Origin: an uncultured Alphaproteobacteria bacterium
GTDB lineage: Bacteria; Pseudomonadota; Alphaproteobacteria; Rhizobiales; Xanthobacteraceae
DNA: 64,000 bases
Assembly: GCA_963747165.1 (NCBI GenBank)
Contig: CAVVEA010000012.1
Span: forward strand, 114,595 to 178,594
Direction of reading: 5' to 3'
Made by a program: the position numbers and the translations under genes. How positions within the stretch are numbered: the stretch's first letter is position 1; every line of letters starts with the position of its first letter. The notes under the pieces were generated by a model. The model was not told the DNA's origin. It saw only the letters and a list, made by a program, of their open reading frames with translations, and ran no database searches. Below are positions 22,045 through 31,440 of this stretch, piece by piece.

Positions 22045-22802
22045 TGCAGTCCAATCGAAAGGCCGTGCTGGGCCTGACGATTCTCGCCGGTCTTTTGACC
22101 GGCGCGGTCGCGCGCGCCGAGGATGCGGTCCCGAGCTGCGACGTTCCGGCCTATCTGCTCACCACCGAGAGCTCGCTTCCCAAGGTCGCGGATGCTGTAA
22201 AAGCAGGCCATTCGCTGGATATTCTGGTGGTGGGCAGCCGCTCGTCGACGATAGCTACATCGGAAGCCAGCGCCTATCCGGCCCGGTTGCAGGCAATCCT
22301 GAAGGACAAGTTACCATCAACCGAGGTGAACCTGTCCGTAGAAATACAGGTCAAGAAAACTGCCGAGGAAGTAGCCAGCGGGCTTGTTAAGCTGGTGGAA
22401 GGAAAAAAGCCTACTTTGGTCATCTGGCAGACCGGCACCTACGATGCCATGCGCTCCATCGATCCCGATGATTTTCGCGGCGCCGTCGACGAGGGCGTTG
22501 TTGCGCTGCAAAATGCGGGAACCGACGTGGTTTTGATGAATCTGCAGTATAGCCCGCGCACGGAAACGATGATTTCCGCGCCGCCTTACCTAGATAATAT
22601 GCGCGTGGTGGCGCAGCAGCACGACGTTCCGCTGTTCGACCGGTTTGCTATCATGCGCCACTGGAATGAGCAGGGAGACTTCGATCTTTTCAGCGCTTCG
22701 CATGGTATCGACCTCGCGAAGCGTGTCCATGATTGCCTCGGCCGGGCGCTTTCGAAATTTGTCATCGATGCGGCGCATTTGAACCCGGCTCAGCAGAATT
22801 GA
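22044..22802 (+). CDS. Exported SGNH/GDSL-fold protein, probably catalytically degenerate
   Basis: Start overlaps the opgC stop (TGATG); signal peptide; LVIWQTGT.DA and MNLQYSP blocks present, but no C-terminal DxxH. Confidence 0.8.
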   Translation: MQSNRKAVLGLTILAGLLTGAVARAEDAVPSCDVPAYLLTTESSLPKVADAVKAGHSLDILVVGSRSSTIATSEASAYPARLQAILKDKLPSTEVNLSVEIQVKKTAEEVASGLVKLVEGKKPTLVIWQTGTYDAMRSIDPDDFRGAVDEGVVALQNAGTDVVLMNLQYSPRTETMISAPPYLDNMRVVAQQHDVPLFDRFAIMRHWNEQGDFDLFSASHGIDLAKRVHDCLGRALSKFVIDAAHLNPAQQN

Positions 22803-22814
22803 GGTTTAGCGTTA

Positions 22815-23870
22815 ATGGTTTGTCACCGCCCTTTTTGCAGGATCACATCGCTGGCAGCATTCGCCGTCGCGGTGCTGGTGATGCTGACGCCGGCGTCGAT
22901 GCAGTTCGCACGCGCCCAGGCTGCGCAGGCCGCTCAACAGTTGACCGCGTCCGACAACGCCAAGTCCGAGATCGCCAAATCCGATAACGTCAAATCCGAT
23001 GGTGCAAAGCCGTCAGCGTCACAGACCACTGGCGCCGGCACGGTTGCCGCCGTCGACCAGGCCAATCCGGCGCAGCAAAAGAGTCTCACCACCAAGGCCC
23101 TCGAGAGGGTGAGGGAGGCCGCGAAATCGGCCGGTGACATTTTCAGCCGGGTGCCGTGTCTGCCGCCGAAGGGCGGCGCCAAATCGATGGGCTCGCTGCC
23201 GCATGTCGCGGGCAAGCTCGCTGCCGGCGAGCCGGTGGTGATCGTCGCGTTCGGATCGTCCTCGACGGTCGGCTATGGCACCACCTCTCCGGAATTCACC
23301 TATCCCAATCGGTTGGCGGCGCAGTTGCACCGGCAATATCCGAGCGCCGACATCACCGTGATCAATCGCGGCCAGGGCGGCGAGGACGCGCCTGAAATGA
23401 TGAAGCGGCTCCAGGTCGCGGTGCTCGATATGAAGCCCGATCTGGTGATCTGGCAGGTCGGCACCAATGCGGTGCTGCGCAATCTCGATCCCACCGAAAC
23501 CGCCAATCTGGTGGAAGAAGGCATCGCGCGCATTCAGGCCGCGGGCGCCGACCTCGTGCTGGTTGATCCGCAATACTCGCCAAGGGTCAACGAGCGCGCC
23601 GAAAGCGCCACCAAGATGGTGAAGCTGCTCGGCAGGGCCGCCGAGCTTCGTCACGTCGGATTTTTTCCGCGTTTCGAGGTGATGCGCGACTGGCACGAGA
23701 AGCAGTCGATCCCGATCGACAATTTCGTCATCGCCGACGGCCTGCACATGACCGACTGGGGCTATGCCTGCTTCGCCCAATTGCTCGGCGATGACATCAT
23801 CAAGTCGGTCGGCCAGATCAAGCTCGGCGTCAACGTGCCGTCCAACGTGCAGACCTATCGGCCGATGTGA
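22815..23870 (+). CDS. Exported SGNH/GDSL hydrolase/acyltransferase
   Basis: VAFGSSST, NRGQGG, WQVGTN, DPQYSP, DGLHM (DxxH intact). Confidence 0.85.
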   Translation: MVCHRPFCRITSLAAFAVAVLVMLTPASMQFARAQAAQAAQQLTASDNAKSEIAKSDNVKSDGAKPSASQTTGAGTVAAVDQANPAQQKSLTTKALERVREAAKSAGDIFSRVPCLPPKGGAKSMGSLPHVAGKLAAGEPVVIVAFGSSSTVGYGTTSPEFTYPNRLAAQLHRQYPSADITVINRGQGGEDAPEMMKRLQVAVLDMKPDLVIWQVGTNAVLRNLDPTETANLVEEGIARIQAAGADLVLVDPQYSPRVNERAESATKMVKLLGRAAELRHVGFFPRFEVMRDWHEKQSIPIDNFVIADGLHMTDWGYACFAQLLGDDIIKSVGQIKLGVNVPSNVQTYRPM

Positions 23871-23875
23871 TAAAA

Positions 23876-23934
23876 GCGAATGGGGAGTGGCGAATAGCGA
23901 ACGGAGTTGGTTCTATTCGCTATTCGCTATTCGC
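23876..23934. repeat. Inverted repeat built from tandem GCGAATA-like heptamers
   Basis: GCGAATG-GGGAGTG-GCGAATA-GCGAACG ... (TATTCGC)x3, between convergent genes. Confidence 0.85.
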
Positions 23935-23943
23935 TATCACGCC

Positions 23944-25137
23944 TCACGCCGTCTCCAGCGCCGCTTGCAAATCCTCGATCAGATCGTCGCGATGCTCCAG
24001 CCCGGCCGAGAACCGGATAAATCCTTCGCTGATGCCGAGTTCGGCGCGCGCTTCCGGCGTCAGCCGCTGATGCGTGGTGGTGGCCGGATGGGTGACGAGG
24101 CTCTTGGCGTCGCCGAGATTGTTCGAAATCCGCGAAATCTTCAGCGCGTTGAGGCAGCGGAACGCCGCCGCCTTGCCGCCCTTGACCTCGAAGCCGATCA
24201 GGGTCGAGCCGGCGCGCATCTGCTTTTTCACCAAAGCGGCCTGCGGATGATCGGCGCGACCGGGATAGATCAGCCGCGAGATTTTCGGATGCTGTGCCAG
24301 CGCTTCGGCAACGGCCGCCGCGGTTTCGGTCTGAGCGCGGACGCGGACCGCCAGCGTCTCCAGCCCCTTCAGCAGCACCCAGGCGTTGAACGGCGACATC
24401 GACGGGCCGGTCTGGCGCATGAAGTTGTGGATGTGCTCGGCAATGAAGGCTTCCGAAGAGAGAATGATGCCGCCGAGGCAGCGACCCTGGCCGTCGATAT
24501 GCTTGGTGGCGGAATACACCACGACATCGGCGCCGAGGCTCAGCGGGCTCTGCCAGATCGGGGTCGCAAACACGTTGTCGACGATCAGCCGCGCGCCGCC
24601 CTGATGCGCGATCTCGGCGATGGCCGCGATGTCGAGCACGTCGAGCGTCGGATTGGTCGGGCTCTCCAGGAAGCAGCTTTTGGTGTTCGGCCGCATCGCC
24701 TTCTTCCATTGGTCGAGATCGAGGCCGTCGACCAATGTGGATTGAATGCCGTAGCGCGGCAGCAGGTCCTCCACCACATAGCGGCACGAACCGAACATCG
24801 CCTTCGCGGCCACGACGTGATCGCCGGCCTTCAGTGGCGCCAGCACGGCGGTGGTCACCGCGGCCATGCCGGTGGCAGTGGCGCGCGCCGCTTCCGCGCC
24901 TTCGAGCTCGATCATGCGGCGCTCGAACATCGAGACGTTAGGATTGGAAAAGCGCGAATAGAGAAAGCCGGGCTCCTCGCCCTTGAACCGCGCCTCGCAT
25001 TGCTCGGCGCTGTCGTAGACAAAACCCTGGGTGAGGAACAGCGCCTCGGATGTCTCGCCGAATTGCGAGCGCAACGCGCCGGAATGCACCAGCCGGGTTT
25101 CGGGACGATAGCGCGCGGTGGACTTAGCCTCAGACAT
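23944..25137 (-). CDS. metZ: O-succinylhomoserine sulfhydrylase
   Basis: ETSEALFLTQGF, YSRFSNP, ESPTNP, VDNVFATP, YSATKHIDGQGR, NNLGD.KSL..HP. Confidence 0.93.
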   Translation of the reverse strand: MSEAKSTARYRPETRLVHSGALRSQFGETSEALFLTQGFVYDSAEQCEARFKGEEPGFLYSRFSNPNVSMFERRMIELEGAEAARATATGMAAVTTAVLAPLKAGDHVVAAKAMFGSCRYVVEDLLPRYGIQSTLVDGLDLDQWKKAMRPNTKSCFLESPTNPTLDVLDIAAIAEIAHQGGARLIVDNVFATPIWQSPLSLGADVVVYSATKHIDGQGRCLGGIILSSEAFIAEHIHNFMRQTGPSMSPFNAWVLLKGLETLAVRVRAQTETAAAVAEALAQHPKISRLIYPGRADHPQAALVKKQMRAGSTLIGFEVKGGKAAAFRCLNALKISRISNNLGDAKSLVTHPATTTHQRLTPEARAELGISEGFIRFSAGLEHRDDLIEDLQAALETA

Positions 25138-25172
25138 GTGACCTCCATCGTGACCACCCTTGAAATGGTCAC

Positions 25173-25205
25173 AAAAAACCGGCCTGGAAAAATTCCACAG
25201 GCCGG
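25173..25205 (-). terminator. Intrinsic terminator in the metZ leader (riboswitch expression platform)
   Basis: Minus strand reads CCGGCCTG-loop-CAGGCCGG-TTTTTT. Confidence 0.7.
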
Positions 25206-25214
25206 GATCACATT

Positions 25215-25283
25215 GTCCCCGGCCTGTTTAGCGACTTATTTAACGTGGCTGCAAGCCGGCCGGCTCAAATCACCACGGGATAA
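25215..25283 (-). promoter_or_regulatory. SAM-II (SAM-alpha) riboswitch
   Basis: Minus strand CGTGGTGATTTGAGCCGGCCGGCTTGCAGCCACGTTAAATAAGTCGCTAAACAGGCCGG matches the SAM-II pattern (GATTT...TTGCA...AAAT...GCTAAA); upstream of metZ. Confidence 0.9.
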
Positions 25284-25400
25284 GTGATGCTCATATTCCC
25301 TCGCGCCCTTTCCGTCAAGGCGGCCTTCGGATAACGCATAAAAGTCCGTATTTTCAGCGTCTGGATGGCGTAAGCTCAGCCATCCCGGGGACCCTCTGCC

Positions 25401-26507
25401 GTGCCGTTTTCGCTTCAGCCCGACGCCAATGGCATCCTGCCCGATCGCATGATCGCGGCGATGGCGGACGCCGGCCTCATTCTGCCGGCCTATCCCTTTG
25501 TCGAAAGCCAGATCCAGCCGGCGAGCCTCGACCTCCGTCTGGGCGATGTCGCCTATCGGGTGCGGGCGAGTTTCCTGCCGGGCCCCGGCGCGACGGTGGC
25601 CGAACGCATCGATGAATTGAAGCTGCATGAAATCAACCTCAGCGACGGCGCGGTACTGGAGACCAACTGCGTCTACATCGTGCCGCTGCTGGAAAGCCTA
25701 GCGCTCCCGCAGCAGATCGTCGCCGCCGCCAATCCGAAAAGCTCGACCGGGCGGCTCGATGTGTTCACCCGCGTGATCGCGGACGGCACGCGGCGGTTCG
25801 ACATGATCGGCGCGGGATATCACGGCCCACTCTATGCCGAGATCAGCCCGAAGACGTTTCCGGTGTTGTTGCGCGAGGGATCGCGGCTCAGCCAGGTCCG
25901 CTTCCGCACCGGCGATGCTATCCTGAGCGCCGACGAACTCGATGCGCTGCACGGCAAGGAACGGCTGGTCGATGTAAATGACGCCGATCTCGTCAATGGG
26001 GTGGCGCTGAGCGTCGATCTCGCGGGCAAGAATGCCGGCGGCTTCGTCGGCTACCGCGCCAAGCGCCATACCGGCGTGGTCGATATCGACCGCCGCGGCG
26101 GCTATGCGGTTGATGAATTCTGGGAGGCGATTCCCGCGCGGCCCGACGGCAGTCTCATTCTCGATCCCGGCGAGTTCTATATCCTGGCTTCAAAGGAAGC
26201 CGTGCAGGTGCCGCCGGATTATGCTGCGGAGATGGTGCCGTTCGATCCGTTGGTTGGCGAGTTCCGCGTGCATTATGCCGGCTTCTTCGATCCCGGCTTC
26301 GGCTATGCCGGCGCCGGCGGCAAGGGATCGCGCGCGGTACTGGAAGTGCGCTCGCGCGAAGTGCCGTTCATCCTCGAGCACGGCCAGATCGTCGGCCGGC
26401 TGGTCTACGAAAAAATGCTGGCGCGGCCCGATGCGATGTACGGCCAGCGCATCGGCTCCAACTATCAGGCGCAGGGCCTGAAGCTGAGTAAGCATTTTAA
26501 GGTGTAA
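25401..26507 (+). CDS. dcd: dCTP deaminase (alphaproteobacterial long form)
   Basis: QIQPASLDLRL, ANPKSSTGRLDVFTR, RVHYAGFFDPGFG, NYQAQGLKLSKHF. Confidence 0.9.
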   Translation: MPFSLQPDANGILPDRMIAAMADAGLILPAYPFVESQIQPASLDLRLGDVAYRVRASFLPGPGATVAERIDELKLHEINLSDGAVLETNCVYIVPLLESLALPQQIVAAANPKSSTGRLDVFTRVIADGTRRFDMIGAGYHGPLYAEISPKTFPVLLREGSRLSQVRFRTGDAILSADELDALHGKERLVDVNDADLVNGVALSVDLAGKNAGGFVGYRAKRHTGVVDIDRRGGYAVDEFWEAIPARPDGSLILDPGEFYILASKEAVQVPPDYAAEMVPFDPLVGEFRVHYAGFFDPGFGYAGAGGKGSRAVLEVRSREVPFILEHGQIVGRLVYEKMLARPDAMYGQRIGSNYQAQGLKLSKHFKV

Positions 26508-26569
26508 GCTTATCTCATCCTAAGGCGTCTCAAGGGATGAGGAACAAAAATATCCTCCGGATATCGCCC

Positions 26570-27814
26570 TTATCCCATCAGTAGTGCGCCGGCCCACGCT
26601 GCGGCCGCGACCAGGATTAAGCCCGGGATTAGGCGCAACGCGAAGGACCGGCTTCCGCTGCTCCAGGCAAAAATGATCTTGCTGATTGTATTGGTTGAGA
26701 GTCCGGCGAGAATAGGAAACACGGCGTCAGCAGGGGCCATCTTTCCGGATGCAACCAGCGAAGCAACCGCGATGGCGGCGGAATGCGTGTCGACGAAGCC
26801 GGCGACCGCGGCCGCTACAATGACTCCCGTCTCACCAAACCATTCCCGCAGCGCGGCCGAGGCAATGAGGATTGCGGAAAGGGTCAGGGCAAATACCAGC
26901 GCGACCGGAAGGCTGAACGCCTGTCCCGGCTGAGGATCGGGCGCTTCCCTTTCACGCAAGGCCCGGACCGTGAAGCCGACGCCGTATGCTGCGGCGGCGA
27001 TACCTGCGCAGATCAGGGGGACAGATAGTGCGCGCAGGGTGATGATGCTGGTGGGCGCGAGAACCAGGGACATCAGAATAATCGTGGCGACCGTGGAGAG
27101 AGCCGCGCCTGCGACCGCTGCGGTGATTATGCCGGGACTTTTCCGAACCCGCGCTCCCATGGCGCCGATCGTGGCGGTGCTGGAAATGAAACCCGATGCG
27201 AGACCCGCGATCGGGAGTCCAAAACGCGCCCCAAGCAACCGAACGATAATATATCCAGCGGCGCTGATGGCCATCACCAGAATAACAACAATCCAGATCG
27301 AGCGCGGATTCAGGGCGACATAAGGTCCCAGCGCTTGATTGGGCAGCAACGGAAGAACCACCAATGTCGCGCCGGCGAAGATCAGCGCGTCTCTAACTTC
27401 ACCCTCAGTGAGCACGGAACGGACGAAATGATGCAGTGGGGTTCGCGCAGCGAGCAGGGCGGCAAGGGCGACGGCGACGCCAGCCGCCAATGCGGGCTGT
27501 TGTATCGAGAGGCCACCGAGCAGTGCGGTCAGGATCAAAGCAATCTCGGTGGTAAGGCCGGGATCGTCATCGGGGGATCTGAAATAAGCAATCGCGGTCA
27601 GCGCAGCCACGCCGGCGATCGTGACTGCCAGCACGGGCACGCCGCCCACCATCATGCTGGTTGCCCCGGCCAGCGCAGCGACGGAGAACGTGCGTATTCC
27701 CGCCGGCGAGCGAGCAGGCCCTTCGCCCTTGCGGCGCTCTCGCTCAGCGCCGATCAGAAGTCCGATGCCTAGCGCTACCGCGAGGTTCAGGAGCATGGAA
27801 GCGAGATTGGGCAT
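26570..27814 (-). CDS. MgtC/SapB-family membrane protein with DUF4010-type C-terminal domain
   Basis: ALGIGLLIGAERE, AGIRTF, GLTTEIA, GFISSTAT, GFVDTHSA; more A/T-ending codons than neighbouring core genes. Confidence 0.85.
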   Translation of the reverse strand: MPNLASMLLNLAVALGIGLLIGAERERRKGEGPARSPAGIRTFSVAALAGATSMMVGGVPVLAVTIAGVAALTAIAYFRSPDDDPGLTTEIALILTALLGGLSIQQPALAAGVAVALAALLAARTPLHHFVRSVLTEGEVRDALIFAGATLVVLPLLPNQALGPYVALNPRSIWIVVILVMAISAAGYIIVRLLGARFGLPIAGLASGFISSTATIGAMGARVRKSPGIITAAVAGAALSTVATIILMSLVLAPTSIITLRALSVPLICAGIAAAAYGVGFTVRALREREAPDPQPGQAFSLPVALVFALTLSAILIASAALREWFGETGVIVAAAVAGFVDTHSAAIAVASLVASGKMAPADAVFPILAGLSTNTISKIIFAWSSGSRSFALRLIPGLILVAAAAWAGALLMG

Positions 27815-27943
27815 GTTCCTCCCGTTCGCTGGACGCCGAAAGACCTGCAGCTTGTATTGCCAGCCTCAAGCTTCGCACAAATTACCCCGCGACGAGCGAT
27901 AACGCCGGACATCCACGTCCACCACGACTGCAATCTCCTGATA

Positions 27944-27957
27944 TTGACCCAGATCAT
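27944..27957. promoter_or_regulatory. Possible FNR/FixK-type box in the divergent mgtC-VIT1 spacer
   Basis: TTGACCCAGATCAT versus TTGA-N6-TCAA (one mismatch). Confidence 0.35.
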
Positions 27958-28072
27958 TGCCAAAAGCTCGCACGCGTGGAAATTTCGCCTCTGATGCGCT
28001 GTTTGCCGGTGGACCGCAGCAAGCAAGGTTCCGGGACCGCTAAAGGACCCGCTCGCCAGAAAGATTGATTAG

Positions 28073-28768
28073 ATGAGTCGCCTCCATCGAGAGAGCCACC
28101 TTGTCGAGCGCATCGGTTGGCTGAGGGCGGCTGTCCTCGGCGCGAATGATGGAATCATATCGACCGCCAGCCTGATCCTGGGAGTGGCCTCGGCGGCAGC
28201 CTCACAGAGCGATGTCCTGCTGACCGGCGTTGCCGGGCTGGTCGCCGGCGCCATGTCGATGGCGGCCGGCGAATATGTTTCGGTCAGTTCGCAGTCTGAT
28301 ACCGAGCATGCTGACCTCGCGCGTGAGAAACGGGAGCTCGCGGATGACCCCGTTTTCGAGCGGGAAGAACTCGCTCAGGTTTATGTCGCGCGCGGGGTCG
28401 AGGCTGATCTGGCGCGTGAGGTTGCGAAGCAATTGATGGCGAAGGATGCGCTCGGCGCGCATGCGCGGGACGAACTCGGCATTTCCGAGACCAGTACCGC
28501 TCGCCCGGTGCAGGCGGCGTTGGCATCGGCCGCGACCTTTTCGGTGGGCGCAGCGGCGCCGCTCCTGCTCGTCCTAGGCTCGCCGTCGAAGGTCCTGATC
28601 CCGGTCGTCTCTGTGGGATCGCTGCTGTTCCTGGCCCTGCTGGGCGCGATCGGTGCGAAAGCCGGAGGAGCCGGCTTGCTGAAGCCGACCGTCCGGGTGA
28701 CGTTCTGGGGCGCGTTCGCGATGGGGTTGACGGCCGGGATTGGCGCGATCTTCGGCAAGGTCGTCTGA
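28073..28768 (+). CDS. VIT1/CCC1-family Fe/Mn transporter
   Basis: WLRAAVLGANDGIIS, AGAMSMAAGEYVSVSSQ.D.E, AHARDELG. Confidence 0.92.
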   Translation: MSRLHRESHLVERIGWLRAAVLGANDGIISTASLILGVASAAASQSDVLLTGVAGLVAGAMSMAAGEYVSVSSQSDTEHADLAREKRELADDPVFEREELAQVYVARGVEADLAREVAKQLMAKDALGAHARDELGISETSTARPVQAALASAATFSVGAAAPLLLVLGSPSKVLIPVVSVGSLLFLALLGAIGAKAGGAGLLKPTVRVTFWGAFAMGLTAGIGAIFGKVV

Positions 28769-28784
28769 AGGCGGCCGCGCTTGC

Positions 28785-30122
28785 CTATCTCGCCGCGGAC
28801 TTCGCCGCTGGCGTCACGCGCCAGATCGCGTTGCCGACATCGTCAGCGACCAAGAGCGCGCCCTGCTTGTCGATCCGGACGCCGACCGGCCGGCCCCGAG
28901 CCTCGCCATTGTCGTTGAGGAAGCCGGTCAGCACATCCTGCGGCTGGCCCGAGGGCTTTCCATTCGCAAACGGCACGAAGATCACCTTGTATCCGGCGCG
29001 GGGCTTGCGATTCCACGAGCCGTGCTGGCCGACGAAGGCGCCGCCGGCCATCTCCTGCGGAAACAGGTCGCCGGTGTTGAACGTCAGCCCGAGCGACGCG
29101 GTGTGGGCGCCCAATGCGTAATCCGGCGCAATCGCCTTTGCTACGAGATCGGGCCGCTGCGGGTCGACGCGGACGTCGACATGCTGGCCGTAATAGCTGT
29201 AGGGCCAGCCGTAAAAGCCGCCGTCGGTTACCGAGGTCATGTAGTCCGGCACCAGATCGTTGCCGAGTTCGTCGCGCTCATTGACCGTGACCCACAGCGC
29301 GCCGCTCTGCGGCTGCCATGAAGGCCCGTTCGGATTGCGCAGGCCGGAGGCGAAAACGCGCCATTTGCCGGATGCGCGATCGACTTCGAGTACCGCGGCG
29401 CGATTGGTTTCCGCCTCGATGCCGTTCTCGCCGACATTGCTGTTGGAGCCGACGGTCGCGTACAGCTTTGTGCCGTCGGGACTGGCGGTCAGGTCCTTGG
29501 TCCAGTGATGGTTGATGGTGCCCGCGGGCAGGTCCGCGAGCTTGACGCCGGGCGTGGTGATTTTGGTGTCGCCCTCGTGATAGGGAAATTTCACGATCGC
29601 GTCGGAATTGGCGACATAGAAATCCTCGCCGACCAGCACCATGCCGAACGGCGAATTCAACCCCTCGAGAAAGACGCTCCGGGTCTCGGCGACGCCGTCG
29701 CCATCGGCGTCGCGCAGCAGCGTGATGCGGTTCGCGCTCGGCGTATTGGCGCCGGCGCGGCCCATCACCAGATGCGTGGCCCAGGCCTTGAAGCCCTTGC
29801 CATCGTCGGGCTTCGGCGGCGCATTGGTTTCGGCCACCAGCACATCGCCATTGGGCAGGACATACACCGTGCGCGGATGGTCGAGCCCGGTCGCGAACGC
29901 ATTCACCGCCATGCCATTGGCGGCGGTGGGCTTCCCGCCGGACGGCCAGCCGGTGGCGGTGGCGATATTGACCGTCGGAATCCACGAATGCGCCGGCGCC
30001 GACAGGGTGGGGGAAGGTCCGAACGTCTGTTCTGCAGCGGTGGGGGCGGAGGGCTCGTTACAGGCGGCGAGGGGAAGCGCCAGCGCTCCGATTCCGATGG
30101 CCAGCAGTATATTTTTGCGCAT
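28785..30122 (-). CDS. Sorbosone dehydrogenase-family (PQQ-dependent beta-propeller) lipoprotein
   Basis: Lipobox LAAC; GLDHPR, NHHWTK, VGSNSN, GLRNPNG, NERDELG, YGWP, HGSWNR, GRPVGV. Confidence 0.88.
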   Translation of the reverse strand: MRKNILLAIGIGALALPLAACNEPSAPTAAEQTFGPSPTLSAPAHSWIPTVNIATATGWPSGGKPTAANGMAVNAFATGLDHPRTVYVLPNGDVLVAETNAPPKPDDGKGFKAWATHLVMGRAGANTPSANRITLLRDADGDGVAETRSVFLEGLNSPFGMVLVGEDFYVANSDAIVKFPYHEGDTKITTPGVKLADLPAGTINHHWTKDLTASPDGTKLYATVGSNSNVGENGIEAETNRAAVLEVDRASGKWRVFASGLRNPNGPSWQPQSGALWVTVNERDELGNDLVPDYMTSVTDGGFYGWPYSYYGQHVDVRVDPQRPDLVAKAIAPDYALGAHTASLGLTFNTGDLFPQEMAGGAFVGQHGSWNRKPRAGYKVIFVPFANGKPSGQPQDVLTGFLNDNGEARGRPVGVRIDKQGALLVADDVGNAIWRVTPAAKSAAR

Positions 30123-30247
30123 GGTGGCTCCTTGCATATGCTCTTACAATGCCGGACACGGCGCGTTGTTCGCTGCCCTTGCCATGAAAATCACATGAAT
30201 TGGCGAATGCAGCCTCGGCTTGCGAAAACAGGGATGTAGGGGATGGG

Positions 30248-31300
30248 ATGACCGAAGTGACCGGCACGGCAGAGGAACCGAGATGGCTGCGATGGCGCGG
30301 TGTCGCCGAGCTTTATCATGCCTATTTCACCGGCCTCATTCTCACGGTGGTGACGCGGCGCGGCACGGCCGATGCCGCGGAATTCATGTTCCGGGTGTTT
30401 CGCCGCCAGCAGCAGGAGCGCTTCCTGCCCGGCCTGGAAAAGCTCGGGCTAAGCCACCTGCCGCCGGCGGTGGCGGCGGCGCAGTATCATTATCTCTCCA
30501 ACTGGATCGGCGGCGTTTCGGTCGAGTACATGTACGAGACCGACCGTAAGGCCTGGATCCGTTATCCGCCGCCGCGCTGGATCTGGAAGGGCACCGCGAT
30601 CTGCGGCGTGCCCGGCGAAGTGTCGCGCGCGATGCTGCGCGGCTGGCACGCCAATAATGGCGTTTCGCTGGGTAACCCAACGCTCGGCTTTGTCTGCACC
30701 AAGCAGAGCGTCGATGGTCAGGACGGGCTGGAAGGGTACTATTGCGAATACGATCATCCGCTCGAGATCGATCAGAGGCTGGTGTTCGCCCGTCATCTCG
30801 AAGCGCCCATGTTCGATCCGGCGACCGCGCCGGCGCTGCCGGTTGAGAGCTGGCCAAAACCGCGGCTGGAAAAAGCCTACCGCAATTACGCGATGGAATA
30901 TGTGCGGACCGCGGCGCCGGTCATGGTGCAATTGTTCGGCCCGGAGGACGCGGGCTATCTTCTGCATCTCACCGGTAAACTGATCGGCATGCAGTATTTC
31001 GACGAGGTCGCGCGCGGCTTCGACGCCAGCCGAGGCGCCGCCACGGATTTCGCGGTCTTCCTGTGTGCGCTACTCGAAGCGCAGGACGATGCGGTCGGCA
31101 TCGACGAGTCCGGCGGCACTTTCGAAATCCGGCAGCAGACATGGAAACTGATGGCCGATGTCGGCGATTATCATCCGGCTTGCGCGAAGGTCCTGGAAGG
31201 ATTGTTCGAAGGCCTCGCGGCGGGCTGCGGCCGCCATATCGGCGTCGCTATGAGAGCGGCCGCCGGCGGCGGTCCGCCGCTGGTGTGGTCGATCGGCTGA
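30248..31300 (+). CDS. Hypothetical protein, possibly tandem V4R/ligand-binding-like domains
   Basis: 350 aa with core-like codon usage; two similar helical starts (Y......V.....G...A..) each followed by beta-rich Cys/His segments. Confidence 0.7.
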   Translation: MTEVTGTAEEPRWLRWRGVAELYHAYFTGLILTVVTRRGTADAAEFMFRVFRRQQQERFLPGLEKLGLSHLPPAVAAAQYHYLSNWIGGVSVEYMYETDRKAWIRYPPPRWIWKGTAICGVPGEVSRAMLRGWHANNGVSLGNPTLGFVCTKQSVDGQDGLEGYYCEYDHPLEIDQRLVFARHLEAPMFDPATAPALPVESWPKPRLEKAYRNYAMEYVRTAAPVMVQLFGPEDAGYLLHLTGKLIGMQYFDEVARGFDASRGAATDFAVFLCALLEAQDDAVGIDESGGTFEIRQQTWKLMADVGDYHPACAKVLEGLFEGLAAGCGRHIGVAMRAAAGGGPPLVWSIG

Positions 31301-31440
31301 TCGAACTTTCGCCTCCACGGCATACCTCTGGCGAATGGATTGCGCAGGCTGCCCATGCGCCTGATGCACGTGGAATCGGCCTTGACCGTGCTAGGAAGCG
31401 GCCTCGGCGCGGCAATGAGACCGCGCCTAAGGGAAGAGAA

